This document shows, piece after piece, positions 12,775 through 25,904 of a stretch of DNA of 64,000 bases (position 1 is the first letter of the stretch; every line of letters begins with the position of its first letter). The translations under genes and the position numbers were made by a program. This DNA is from Paraphysomonas bandaiensis (taxonomy: Eukaryota > Protista > Chrysophyceae), in the NCBI GenBank assembly GCA_965644295.1, contig CBFFRP010000373.1:62001-126000 (forward strand), read 5' to 3'. The notes beneath the pieces were generated by a model. The model did no database searches, was not told the origin of the DNA, and was given only the letters and a program-made list of their open reading frames with translations.

Positions 12775-15122
12775 ATGAATGCCAGTAAACACTTAAAGAA
12801 GCAAGCGAAAGCTGCGTTGAAGAAGGTATATTTGAATTCACAATAATCGGATGTGTGTGACAGTGACGGCAGGAGACAGTGAAGTCATTGGCACAGGCTC
12901 TGAAGGCATCCAAACCACAGGCTGTCCCTAAGAAGAAACCTTATAATAAGAAATATGGGGATAAGGGAGCAGGTGGCAAGAAAGATTCCAATAAATCTGC
13001 TGGAAAGAGGAAGTTTGGAGAGACGGGGAATGACTCTGGTAAGGCTGGAAAAACTAAAACTGCTCGGCGTGAAAGACAGGCCTCGAAACCAAACTTTGCA
13101 TTGGTACGGGATCACTGTATTATTTGATTAGGCGTACTGACATAATCTACAGGTTGAAAACATGAAGAAATTTTGGAACGTTGCCAGGGCCAAAACACTC
13201 TCAAATTCCGATCGTGAAGAGCTCATTCGTTCGATTTTAGCAAAGATGCAGGGAAATATACTGCAGGTGACGCTAAGACATGATGCATCCCGTGCGGTGC
13301 AGTGTATTCTCCAGTTTGGATCTGTGGCACAGAGAAAGCAGGTGCTAACGGAGATGGAGAGTCGTCTCTGTGAGGTACTTTGCTGAACGCGGTGTTCAAC
13401 GTAATGACTAACGCGGCGATTATTTGGCAGATTGCGAAGACTCCATATGGACACTTTGTTGTTTTAAAAGCTATCACGTACTGCATACAGGATACAGAGC
13501 GGTCTGCAATATGTGCTGCACTCAGAGGGCATTTCGTTGCCCTTGGAACCAACGTTATCGGAGCAAGGACCGCTGAATCTGTTCTGCAACTTCTACCGAG
13601 GAAACATACAAGGCCTCTCAAAGCCGAGTTTTATGGACATGTAAGTAAAGTGGTGCCGCATTAATATAATTGGTGTGAAATCTTACTGTACGACATGTAG
13701 AAATTCATTGCGACTCTTCCAGCCCCACCGGCCACACTGAAGGAGCTACTTGAAAGTCTACCCAACCGCCGCGAGCCTATTATGGATCATATGCGTGATC
13801 TAATTCAGAAGTTCGTGGATAAGGGCCTATTGGAATTTGCCTATGTGCACAATCTTATCTGGGAATACTGCTCAGAGTGTGTGGAGTCCCCAGAAGTGTG
13901 TGCTTCTCGTCTTAAAGACCTAGTAAACCTACTCGCGGATTCGGCTACAAAGTTGATGTCCACAAAACCTGGGGCGAAAACAATGTGTGTTGTAATTAGC
14001 ACCGCTGCAGCAAAGGAACGCAAGAAGGTGATGAAGCTTCTGAAGGGACATGTGGTTGAATCTCTGCTACATGATGCTGCTCACCTTGCAGTCATGCGTT
14101 TAGTGGACGTGACAGATGATACTGTGAACGTACAAAAAATGGTACTGGACGAAGCCTCGTCAACGAAACCAGTTGTCACTTACTCTGCCTCTGGAGAGAT
14201 AGTAGGAGACTCAATGCCTCCATTGGTGTCAATTGCGAGACATAGGTTTGGGAGCAAGCTTCTCCTCCGCTTGCTTGCACCGGAGAAACGTCATCTGGAA
14301 CCTGACGAAGAATCTCTCTTCACTCAGACGCCCCTTCCAACTTCTAAGAAATCATTCGCGGCTCGGCGCAATGAACATTTAGCTTATATGAGAGCTCCAC
14401 TGTTAGCAATATGTGCACGATATGTGGAGAATCTTGTCAGGAGCGCTCATGGTAGTCGAGTGTTGCTGGAGGTAGTATCTGCCCACTGCCCTGCCAAAGT
14501 AATGCAGAGGCTTGTAGCACTTTTTGCTCACCAGGAGGTAGAGGAGGAAGAAGACGACGAAGTTATGGAATGCATAGATAATGATGATAGTAGTGATGAT
14601 GAGAACGAGGAAGTGGTCGATAATGATGATGAAGACGGCGAAGAAGGAGTGGAGTCTGATGGTGAAGATGGGGAGCCTGATGAAGCGGTGGACAGTAGTG
14701 GTGATGATTCGGAGGAAGAAAGTGAAGACGAAGAAGAGCAAACCAAGCTAGCCCCCGTACCGACACTTCCCATTGAGGAGGACCCTGTGGCACAAGGTTT
14801 TCTTAAGCGTGTGTTAGCACTGCAGACAGCCGCTGAGACTGGAGCAGAGGAGAAACCAGCAGCTTGGGTTTCAGAGGACGGAACGGTGTATCCGTTCGCT
14901 ACCCTCCTGGTTGAGGCCCTTTTATCTGCTGGTACAATCTCCACTTGGGCAGAGAGAAATAGAACTGCTTTCGCTCTTGCTGATCTTCTCAAAGTCCCTT
15001 CTGTGCAAGCAATTCTAGTTAGCGCATTAAAGCCACTGCGAAAGAGTATTGAAAGTTGGTCGAAGCAGAATGCAGGTGGAAAATGTCTGTGGGGAACATT
15101 AAAACCGTTATTGAAAAAGTAA
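12775..15122 (+). CDS. PUM3: Pumilio homology domain protein Puf6/PUM3 (nucleolar, CPL domain), multi-exon
   Basis: Lys-rich N-terminus, then HDASRAVQCILQFG, KTPYGHFVVLK, KERKKVMKLLKGHV, DVTDDTV, TSKKSFAARRNE. Short GT-AG introns join the ORFs. Confidence 0.88.
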
Positions 15123-15660
15123 TGTAGTAGGACAACATTTGTGTGGAGTAACTCGATAGCTACTGACTATATTAAGTAATCAATCGTATATTGGTTATAT
15201 AATGGAGATGAAACCTAATTACAAAAGTGCTAATATGTGAGTATAGAAGAGAAATACCACATTTCTAGAAGTTAGGAATTGTAGTGTTATATGCCGACAA
15301 ATGGTTAGATATGGGATTATACAGAGTGGTAGATAGTATGTTTCTACCCGAAGAAAAATATACGGAACTAATCAAGTTATTAGTATTTTCTAGAGTAGTT
15401 TGGCGTTACTCTTGGCATTCTCTTTCTTGTAGTTAAAGTTGTGGTATTGGACATATGTTAGTAGAAGAATCACATCATTCTTTTTTATTACATGTAAATA
15501 GAAGTACAATGAGAGAAAACTCACTATACTTGGTGTCTTGGTGTATCCGTGCCGTTTATAGAACAACTTTAATATTGATTGGTTGATATTGGGTATACAG
15601 AAAGGTTGATGCTAACGAAGCAATATATAAATCAATCATCATTATCATTTAAGTACAACA

Positions 15661-15745
15661 TTGTCCCCATTTTGTCTCAAAAAATGTTTTGACCTGATTT
15701 GGGCCATCATAGCACCGGGCAAATATAGACATTCAACGTCAATAT
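15661..15745. repeat. Dispersed repeat, inverted partner at 24950-25032
   Basis: TCCCCATTTTG..CCTGATTTG..CCATCATAGCACCGGGCAAATA matches the reverse complement of 24950-25032. Confidence 0.65.
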
Positions 15746-16490
15746 TCAGTTCAGCAGAAGCTCATTTTTATCTTAGTACAGCCATTTGTACGTAATTTAT
15801 TTATATTGCAGTATTAAAGAGAAACCACAATCATGAGCCAACTTTCCAACGCTGATCATCAAACACTCCAAGTTATATTCCATCCTTCGACTGCTGTAGA
15901 AGATCATAGTGATGTCAGTACAAGCGATCTATCTTCATAACCACGGCTTCGAAACAACTACAAGAATATTTCAGGAGAGTTTACGTGCATTATCTGATGC
16001 TGTATAGGTGGTTAAAGGCAGTGGCATCCAGTTCTTTCCGGGTTCGGGTAACATTTTGCTTATTAGGTTATTGTGTGGCTCATATCATACACATATCGAT
16101 CAATCAGGTGCATTAGCAGAGGTTAAACGCATTGTATGTAAATGTGATGATGATGCTAATTAAGGCAAATTGAGGCCTTTTGTGCGACTGCCACTGTTCA
16201 TATTCATGTAGGAATTTCAACACCTTGCAGTTGCCATTTATTCATAATCCTTTTGTGGTAGGAGTGCATTTGTTGTAGCTGCTATATATATAAATTTGGG
16301 AGTTTATTGTTTGAGTTGATCTATAGTGCAATTGCCATTTCCTAAACATACACAGTATCTCAATATGAATTCTATTTGCTTTCTTAATGTTAATCAGCCA
16401 GGAAGCACCTATTTCTTCTTACAACAAGCAAGCAACTAATAGATATACAATCTAATAATAAGTTTTCAACATCAGGAGAATAAGCTACAA

Positions 16491-16609
16491 TTTAACCTAG
16501 GGATAAGGAGTATCGTCCCCAGGTCTAAATTTTAAAACTCGGGCTTTTCATCCTCGTTTCAAAGTTTTGAGCGTGGGACGATATAGCCACCTTATTGACC
16601 GTGGTTAAA
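16491..16609. mobile_element. Degenerate palindromic MITE-like element (~120 bp)
   Basis: TTTAACC..ATAAGG..TATCGTCCC..AAAAC is mirrored by GTTT..GGGACGATA..CCTTAT..GGTTAAA. A related arm lies at about 30067-30120. Confidence 0.6.
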
Positions 16610-16888
16610 GATTACTAACTTCGAATTTATACTAACAATTTGTTCAGTGCTGTCAAACTCTTTCAGCACTGCGATATTGTTGTACCTAATTATGGCGAAA
16701 AACATTTTCATTTATGGAGGCACTCCACTAAATTAGGTTAAGATATAGAAAAATAAATTCAGCATTCTACGAAATAAATAATACGGTTACTGTCCAATAA
16801 TCATGAAATGACAGCCCATATACTGCAGGAGAACCTCGTCGCAACTCGGTATCCTTTCAGATACATTAGGGTGATGCGTTCAAATACA

Positions 16889-17430
16889 CTACCATTTCTT
16901 CTTATCATCTGGGATGTCGCCCATAGAATAAGAGCGTGGTCGCTTGTTGTCATCGAAAGTAAAGATATTTTTGACGTTGTCGGCAGCTTTTGCTTTTATT
17001 TCTGTGGCTTTATGTAGCAACTCCTGGCCAACATGCTTCGTATACAAGGAACACAGGCCAACCACGACCTGTCCTCTCATCTTCAGCTCCTCGGTATCAT
17101 CCTGTCCGTGCTTCTTCAAAACATTCTCACCGGGTCTATTATTCATTGTGCTACTACCCCCACCGATATATACCCCTTATGCTCGAACGCAGACTGGAAG
17201 TAGCTATTAAGATATGAATAGAGTGATATTTGATGCTGTTGAACTGAGTGAGTGAGTGTGGGAGTATGTATCCATGATCATACCACACTGTATTATTGTC
17301 TGGGAATAGTCATGATACAGCAGTCAGTCACATGATGTCTCTTCAACCACTTCAGAATATGCTGCCACGTCATCACTCCACAAACTGTATACAAAAAATA
17401 CAACAGCGTATACCAGTATACTGTTAGAAC
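16889..17430 (-). CDS. Small multi-exon gene of unknown function (start uncertain)
   Basis: Last exon PGENVLKK...DDKKKW* is preceded by AATAG|, a mini-exon YFQSAFEHKG|GTATAT, and an upstream hydrophobic stretch (SILVYAVVFFVYSLW). Divergent from the WD40 gene. Confidence 0.4.
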
Positions 17431-17575
17431 AGTACGCTGTATTATTGGGAAGAACGGGCGATATATATTTGCATGTTGAGTTGAGAGCTAGTGCGCTATA
17501 ACACACACACTTCTCTCATATCGAATAACGAGAAGAGTGTATATATGACAGCGTAGTGTAGATATCGACTACCCC

Positions 17576-19522
17576 ATGAGCGCTAGTATTTTTAGTGGAT
17601 ACGAAGTCTCTCATGTTGGGCATGCTGTCCACGGAAAGACTGCCATTAGTGTAGTAGTGGGGCACTCAACAGTGTATACTACTGGATCGGATAATACCGT
17701 TGCTTTGTGGGATATTAATACGTTTGTATGTCGCAAACGATTCAAAAAGCATAAGGGCTGGGTGACGCGTTGCGCATTGTCGCCCGATGAGTCCTATATA
17801 GCTTGTTGTGCGATGGATACAGTCTACGTTTATGCACTTGCGGGAGAGCTGTACAGTACAGTTTGCGAGTTCAAGGCTCACTCGAGCCAGGTATTTATTG
17901 AATATCGTATAGTCTTTCTCTCACCATACTCTGGGGCTTAGATATTTGGCCTGGCGTGGTCACCTGTTGACAACTTTTTAGCCACAGGTTGCGACGATGG
18001 CAGCGTGAGGTTGTGGAAAGTGAGTGATCTTTTAAAAGTCGGTCGTCCGGGCGCTGGGAAGTCTCATTATTTGGAGTACTCTGCTAAAGTTGCTCGGCCT
18101 GGAGATAAGGTTAGCGGGGTTGACGGACACACGGATGGAGTTATTTCGATTGCCTTCAATTTTGAAGGTATCCTAATATTCGGCAGCCCTACCACTATAT
18201 GCACCTGTTAAATTTTTGGTGCAGGGACAGAGTTTTTGACAGCTTCTAAAGATAGCAAGATAATTCGGTGGGTGTGCCCGGGACACAGAGAAGTATCTCA
18301 AGAGGATTTGTTGATGAGGCGATATCTAGGACACACTGATGAGGTACTCTCTGTACAGTGGAACGAGGTCGGATCAAGATTTGTGTCGTGTGGAAAAGGT
18401 ATGTTCTGCGTATCAGTATTTGTGAAGTGTGCTAATTGTAGTTTTGTTGATTTCCCCAACAGACGCTACTGTGATGGTATGGAGTCCGGAGCAGCCTATT
18501 CCTCTTGTTGTGCTGAGAGGTCATGTCCACACAGTGTACTCCGCGGTGTTCGTACCTTGTGTTCCTACTGGGTCGCAGAATCATGGAATTCAGCGTATAA
18601 TTAGCGCTGGGCACGATCAGCAGATGAGAGTTTGGCATGTGGATGACGATGGTGGATATAACATGGTATGTCAAGTACCAACTGGAACCAATAGTTGGAC
18701 CATAGGGCTGGCGGCATCATATGATGGAAAGAAACTGGTAACTGTAACAACAGACAGTGATAAGCACGTTATATTCTGGGGCATCGTTCTGTCATCTGCA
18801 AATGTTATGAACAAGATTCGCAACTCAATTAACGGAATGGTTAGTGGTGTCTATGTTTTTCACACTATCTTGCGCTGCAGTGTTGATTCTTCATTATTAA
18901 CGAACTGTTTAGAGTGAGAGAGTGCGCCGCTTTTCTGCGCCTATTATAGAGAGCATCCTTCACCCTCCATCCAATGGCAATATTAGCGTAAGTACACACA
19001 TTCGCCTAAGTCCTTTTTCACATTTGCCCCATGTAGAAACACGCCGATACAAACGTAAACAAAGCTATCAGTGTATCCGTTTCTGTAGAACAATGTGGTC
19101 GCATTGACTCAAGAATACCAATACAACCGTCGGCTTCTGCAGCTATTGAGCAACAACCTTCATTGTCTGGTGCTGAAGTTGTTGCTAAATATGGTAAAAG
19201 TCTGCCTGATGGTAAGTTATGTTTGTGTGTACGTTTTCTATATGGGTATATCTCTGTAGTTATGTATGTACACATACACTGCCTCTGACTTGATGGTATC
19301 TACGCATCTGATATAACTCGTGTTACCTTTGTTGCAGCTGAAGAATCAGCCGATTCCATACCTTTGGAACCATCGCCAGCTAAACCTCGCGAGGTTCCTC
19401 CATCAGTTCGTCCGCTTGGTAAAGAAGGGGAAGCCAAGTTTTGGCTCAATAAGAACCCAATGAACATGGATTCACAGGCCATTTTAGGAGAGACGCCCGA
19501 CCTTGATGGTGACGAGGATTAG
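17576..19522 (+). CDS. WD40-repeat protein, multi-exon
   Basis: Repeated GH...WD-type units (TGSDNTVALWD, HKGWVTRC, GHTDGVISIAF, GHTDEVLSVQW, GHVHTVYS, SAGHDQQMRVW) and a Pro-rich tail ending GDED*. Confidence 0.85.
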
Positions 19523-20358
19523 TTGAGCGAAGAGGATACGTAGAGGTATCATTGTAGAAGTGTTGTGTGGGCTTTTATTTTGATATTTCACTATAGTAGT
19601 CAGGTTATCTATACTTTTTAGGTGTTTATGTTGTATAAATTTGCTGTTTTGTTAACTCTTTATCAGAATAAGAAATATAAATTTAATGCTGAGCAAATCA
19701 TTTAAAGTCTCTATATCTCGACTGTAAGTCTTATCGTGGCCAAGTCGTAAATAGTCTGTGATTACTGCTTGCTGTCTATTGCATTTAAGGGGATCATTTT
19801 ACATTTTACCCACATGAAGGATGCTCTAGTGGGTCTAGTAGAGAGTCGTATCCGCGACAGAGAAAAGCAGGATGGTCCACTGGGCTCAGCATGCAAAGCA
19901 GCACGAAGGCTGGGATGCCAAGAGGTCAGGGAAGCTTTACTTAGAGATGATCCCATGAATTCTTCTGAAGAGATAAAAGTTTCTCCTTCCTCTCTCTTAA
20001 TGTCTTCAGATGGTTGGAGTGGATAATTATGGACGATTGTGCAGAACACGTTGACGAGAAAGAATACCAATCTAAAGCCAATATCAAGCAGCACAATCAT
20101 GAAATATCTAGATGCTATGGCGCAGCAAGTTCAAAAATAAGTGAAAGATATGTTACCTCATTCATTTGGCATATTTCAGGACGGTTGAACATAAGATGGC
20201 GCAGCACAAACGTTTTCTGTTGGACAGAACTGATGAAGAAGAAAAAGAAGATGATGGTGTCGATTAACTGACGAGAAGACACCAAACGCACCAAGAACAA
20301 AAGCGACTATATATTATACGCAACCAACTGGGAACCGCTGCTTGAAGCATATTTACTC

Positions 20359-21501
20359 CAGGGCCTGGTAACCGTTATAGGTTGATGCGCTATTAATGGT
20401 AATGCCATTATAATTGTCCAGACATTTTTCATTAATGCCATTATAATTGCCGAAAACTGGATTACCATTAATGGACCATTAGTTGCCTCCCATTAATGTA
20501 GTAATGTACTAGTACGTGATATTATATGCTATATATAGTACTAAGTGAAATCGAAGCAATGTTAAACGATGTTCATGCAACTCAGCTACTTTGTGGCAAT
20601 TTTGTTTATTATCAGCGGCAAACTTAATGCTATAAGAGTTAGGCTGAGCAACAACTAAACAACGTACTAATACTCAGAAACTCTAACGAAGCATTGAAAA
20701 TGTTCATATTTTACCTAGAAAAAATTCTTTAAAATATTTTCCCCCAAAGCTGAAAGAAGCTACAGAGTACACAACTAAATAAAATAATTATACTCTGTAT
20801 ATTTATACCATATATTAAGCAACGATGATGGCCAAAAACGCTGATGGCAGTGTAATTTACAGAGTCTACTTCCGAGTGAATTCGCAGGACCACCATATGA
20901 CACCTTCCTTTGTTCGGGCTTTATGATGTTGTTTTTTAGCACTGGGCGAGCAAACTTGCCGTCCTTGATGAAAAATCTAAAGACGTTTAAGAATGCCAGT
21001 TTGCTCTCATTCCACAGCAATCACGACAAAAGTGCAGGAACTGATTTTGCACAGACAGGGTGTTCTGGACAGTACCGATGTCACCATGAGAGTTCGACTA
21101 CGTACCTATGAGTCCAGCTACCGCTGCTTGCTTTATATCGAAGCACAATCCAATGTTGTTGTTGAGACGCTCTGTAGTCGTGCAAAGTTCATTATGACAT
21201 CTTAGCGTAGAAACATGAATCCATATCGTCTAGAACTGTTGCTATTACTACGAGCCAGTTACATATTGTGGATGCTTATGCCCTCCATGAAGCCCTACAT
21301 GATGATCCTGATGTGCCAATGGAGAGCGAGATGTAGTTACGATTCGTTGTCTGCTATTACACTAAAATAGAAACTAAGGGAGCACGACACTATATATTAT
21401 GAGCGGTATTATCTACTTAGGTATTAATGGACATTAGTGGCCATTATAATTGCCGGGAACTGGACTACCATTGATTGGCCATTAATGGTTATCAGGCCCT
21501 G
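20359..21501 (+). mobile_element. Non-autonomous hAT DNA transposon (1143 bp)
   Basis: TIRs CAGGGCCTGGTAACCGTTA / TAATGGTTATCAGGCCCTG. 8-bp TSD ATTTACTC / AATTACTC (1 mismatch). Subterminal CCATTA(A)TGG / CCATTATAATTGCC repeats. Internal hATC remnant SNVVVETLCSRAKFIMTS*RRNMNP at about 21140-21225. Confidence 0.88.
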
Positions 21502-22205
21502 AATTACTCCACTACTAATTGTGTAAATCAACATGAGTGATCTACGGTGCCTCATCGATTGGAGGCCCTTATGTTCTTGCGCTTTAATAGTCTTCCACTA
21601 GGTACGAGTAGGAATGCTGGATGAACATTTATTTTTTGTTCTCTATAGCGAATTCCCACATCTCGTACTCTGTATGTGTAGCTGGATATCTACCAACACT
21701 GTACACCAAGAGCATCTATGGTATATGTGCAGGAGCTACAGTATTTAAAGGACTATTTCGTGTTAAAACCGCAGTATTTCGTTGCTGAAATTAAAAACTT
21801 ATGGAATTAAATGTAGAAGCCATGATTTTCGACCTTTCTCTTCTCTACAGCAGCGAATGGCCGTAGTACAGGTTTGATTATCTAAAACTGGGTATTTTTG
21901 GCTGTCGTGGGAATTTTTAGTAGGAATTCCTTCAGAATATGGATCTTGAATTCTTGGGTTTCATTGTTTTTGTGGAGATACCGTTTCTTGCAGGAGTTGC
22001 ATGATGGAAACACGCACCATACCACAAGAAGCAATGAATGATATTCACACGATTTGTAGACTGTATATGTCTCTTGTAGCTGTACTCGGTGAGAATATCA
22101 GACACTTGTATATATATGTGCAAACGGTGACGAGAGCGAGGATTGTGGTGCATGTAATGTGATGCTAACTGCTCCCTATCATAATTAGACCCGTGTTCAA
22201 GTCGA

Positions 22206-23531
22206 ATGATGAGCTCACTTCTGGTTCCCTATCTTGCGGTCGCTTTCTTTTCCTATACTTACGCGGTCGAGGGATTGAAATGTGCAGAAATCACTTATCC
22301 AAGGCACAATGCAACTCTGTCGCCGTATCATTATATAATTCCATATGCTTCCAATGATAGTCATGGGTATATATATGGTCTACCCAATTTTAGTTTTGAA
22401 GTTATCCATTTAACTGCCACTATATTAGAGTGTGCGAAACCTGCGTGTATAGAAATTACGAATCGCTCTCACATTGTTGGTACAGTATGCGATCAAGAGG
22501 GATTTATAAAGCTGGCATTCCGTGTAAATATTGGCACGTATAACGTCCGAGTTCTGAGTGCGTCCAATATTTCCAATGTGTACGATACTGTAAAATTTCA
22601 TGTTGTGGCAAAGGTATCATGTAACTTCGTTTTTCATGTCGTAATGCATTGATCGCAGGTATCATTCAGTCCACCGTTTAATATATACAAGCATCGTAGT
22701 GTGAATATATCTGTGGGGCGTGGTACTTATGGGTTTACTAGCAGAAGCATACTACCTTACGACGACAAGATGTGGGAATTATCTATAGGATCATTTTGTA
22801 ACATTGCACCCACTGTTCAATTTCTTTTGGCACAATCAGATAATCACAGGTGTGTAGGGCAGTGACTGCTGTGGGGCATTCATAATGCTCTGTGGTATTG
22901 TTCACGCTTCAGTTGTATTAATCCCAAATGCAGATACGAAGACTTTTCCATGATGAGTTTTGGAAGTTACAAATCTACTATTCGTAGTCACATTTTGCAA
23001 GCTGGGGGATCTGAAGATGATTTTCCGCCTTCTGTAGCTGGCTTGGAATCTACTAGGTCTGGAAGGAAAAACAGATCGATTCGTATTGGTAAGATTATTT
23101 TGTCGCCGTTATTATAATTGTAGTATGTATGACTATGACGTATGAATATTGTATCAACAGGGCACGATGTTTGGATTGGCCTCGGTTCTCGAATAGTAAA
23201 TAGTGTTACTATTGGACATGGAGCTGTGATTGGGGCATATTCAGTTGTGCGGTTTGACGTTCCCCCTTACGCAGTTGTTGCTGGTAACCCCGCACAAGTG
23301 CTAAAGTATAGATTCAATGAGTCAGTGATTTCTGATCTATTGAACCGGGTACGCTGGTGGGATTGGGATGATGCCGAAATACTACAGCACATGCCTTGGA
23401 ATGGAACAGATATTGATGGCCTGTTGAATTATGCCAAGGGCAGAGTAGTTAGACCGTGTCAGGACTGCTTATCAGCAGTGCATTATCCTGGCCGTATATA
23501 TGAGCTAGGGAATCCCTATGCGTATGGCTAA
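22206..23531 (+). CDS. CatB/Vat-like xenobiotic O-acetyltransferase (hexapeptide left-handed beta-helix) with N-terminal signal peptide, 4 exons
   Basis: Introns 22614-22658, 22850-22933 and 23089-23160 give VGRGTYG...LSIGSFCNIA...NH...IRIGHDVWIG...VTIGHGAVIGAYSVVRFDVPPYAVVAGNPAQVLKYRF...RWWDW. Confidence 0.85.
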
Positions 23532-23739
23532 CGCAATACTCAACTGTGTAATCAGTAATAAATTGGGAGTTTTTACGTATAGACCCCAGGGCTGCTTTAA
23601 TTTAATTACAAATGTCTTTTAGTAATTAAATTGCAATTATTAGTTATAGCTTGTGCAATTATTGACTTCTGTGGAATGCAAGTACCGTTGAAGATGCTGT
23701 TCGTGCTTGTAATGAGTAACTAAATTAATTAGTCAATAA

Positions 23740-24086
23740 TCATTGGAGCAGCACTGCCAAGCACCGCACTCAAACATGTAACCCAATAATCATAGCTATG
23801 ATACGAGAATAAATATCATACCATACATATCACACATGAGCGGACACAGAAGTATTCATCGTATAAATCATAGCTCATAGAGGGCAAGTACATGGTTTTC
23901 ATTGGAGCAGCACTGCCAAGCACCGCACTCAAACATGTAACCTAATAATCATAGCTATGATACGAGAATAAATATCATACCATACATATCACACATGAGC
24001 GGACACAGAAGTATTCATCGTATAAATCATAGCTCATAGAGGGCAAGTACATGGTTTTCATTGGAGCAGCACTGCCAAGCACCGCA
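23740..24086. repeat. Tandem repeat, 159-bp unit x ~2.2
   Basis: CATTGGAGCAGCACTGCCAAGCACCGCA starts at 23741, 23900 and 24059. Units are nearly identical. Confidence 0.92.
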
Positions 24087-25904
24087 TATCAGAGTTCTTT
24101 CATGACACATGCTACTGGTTGATGATTTAGCTGTAAAATGTATGGTTAAGTGGAAATCACTCGCACAGAAGAGTTGCTTACATGATCGTGACTGTCATAT
24201 ACCGCCAGAGGACTCTCAGGTAATGTTACTGGATTATGCAGTAACTCAGGTGAATATACTCATACTGCAGACCTGATCAGTAGAGAGACTCACATAAGAA
24301 CAATTCAATTTGAGCGAGAAACACTCCTCTGATTTGAAAGTACATACTAGTATGAGTGTATGGTTAATATATGCTTCATCATAGTGGCCTGTGCGTATTG
24401 ATGTAGACGAGAATACTGTATTGAAACATATCAATCATTGTTGCCTAGATGTAGTGTCTACATTGTTGCCGGAGAATGGATACAGCAGTCTAGGAGTAAC
24501 ACTGTATCAGTTCACCTTGTGTTGATGAGCTTGTCAAAGATTGTTGTACAAATTATTAATGTATTTGCTCTTGTTGTAGTATCTATGCAGCACTGATACC
24601 ACCAAATAGAAAGATTATAATAAACAAGACTAACAACAGAACTTGCTCAATTAACACCACAAACTCAATTAATTGAAATTATGATCAAAGATTATTTGTC
24701 GTACACTACATTTGTTGTCTTATTTCTTCTACGAATCAATGTTTTTGTCGGTAACAATCCGTTTGTCAAACATAATTCATAACATTTCAATAAATAATAA
24801 TGTTAAATTCTATTTGACAGCTATTGAATATGTAGTTATCCTAAGTGTGATGATAAATGTGAACAGTTGTAGTCGCACGAGAGGTTTCTCCTTAATGCTG
24901 CAATATAAGTTAATCATAATTAAGATAGAAGTGAGCTACTGTTAAACCGAATATTGAAGTTGTATTTGCCCGGCGCTATGATGGGCACTCTGTAGAGCTC
25001 AAATCAGGTTTTTTAGACCAAAATGGGGATAATAGTTATTTTATTATAATCTATAATTCTCAGCATTGAGTGGAAGTTTACCTTCAGTTCTTAAGTTAAC
25101 ATCAAACTTTGATAAATTAAACTGTTATATTTCTCAAACGTTAATTGTTTACTAATTTTACTAATAAGCAAGAATAACATACAATATTGACTATTGACCA
25201 TTTTCAGACAATGAAGATCGTTTTAAGAGAAGTTAAAGTTAGTCGAACTAGATAGATTATGTTATTATAATTGAATACACAATTGTGTGTGTTGTCATGT
25301 AACACATGTCAACAAAATGATAAATTATTTCGTTCATGTCAACCACTGCTCAACTTCCGTGTCTTGAATCGTCATGATATAATACTTCAGTTTCACAGTT
25401 ATAGCTATATAGCATCTTTGACTATTGACTACGTACTACTGTTTTTCATATTGTATTTAACGTATTATACAGTACTATCTTAGAGAACCATACGTATTCC
25501 AACATTTCAACATGCAAAGAATTATTATATCGACAGGGCGTGCCAAGATATTTTAGTTGTAGCTGTGTCTCGGATAAACTAAAAAGCAATTATTATTACG
25601 AAATAATGTTGATACATTTGGTGTTAAATTTTGACAAGAGGAGTTATGTGTTAACAAATAGTATGTAGTGGCGTTCTTCGAGGGCAATGTTACTTTCGAA
25701 TGTTTGCCTGGTGCCTGACGGAAGTCTAATACAGTCACTCAAATAATTACTTATATTTCTTGAAAGTATATGAACAACGATATTCATCACATTGTAATAC
25801 GAACACTTCACTTACAAAGCTGCCACGTGTTTTCATATACGCTTCGACGTTGTAATTACACATTCCACATTCCAATCACTCCCAACATGGGCAACCATAT
25901 TGAT

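Noticed and set aside
14528-14992. Ser-rich and His-rich antisense ORFs
   Set aside because: Mirror of the Asp/Glu-rich insert in PUM3.
19769-20330. Transposase remnant suggested by SSDGWS
   Set aside because: Only a five-residue resemblance, with no supporting motifs.
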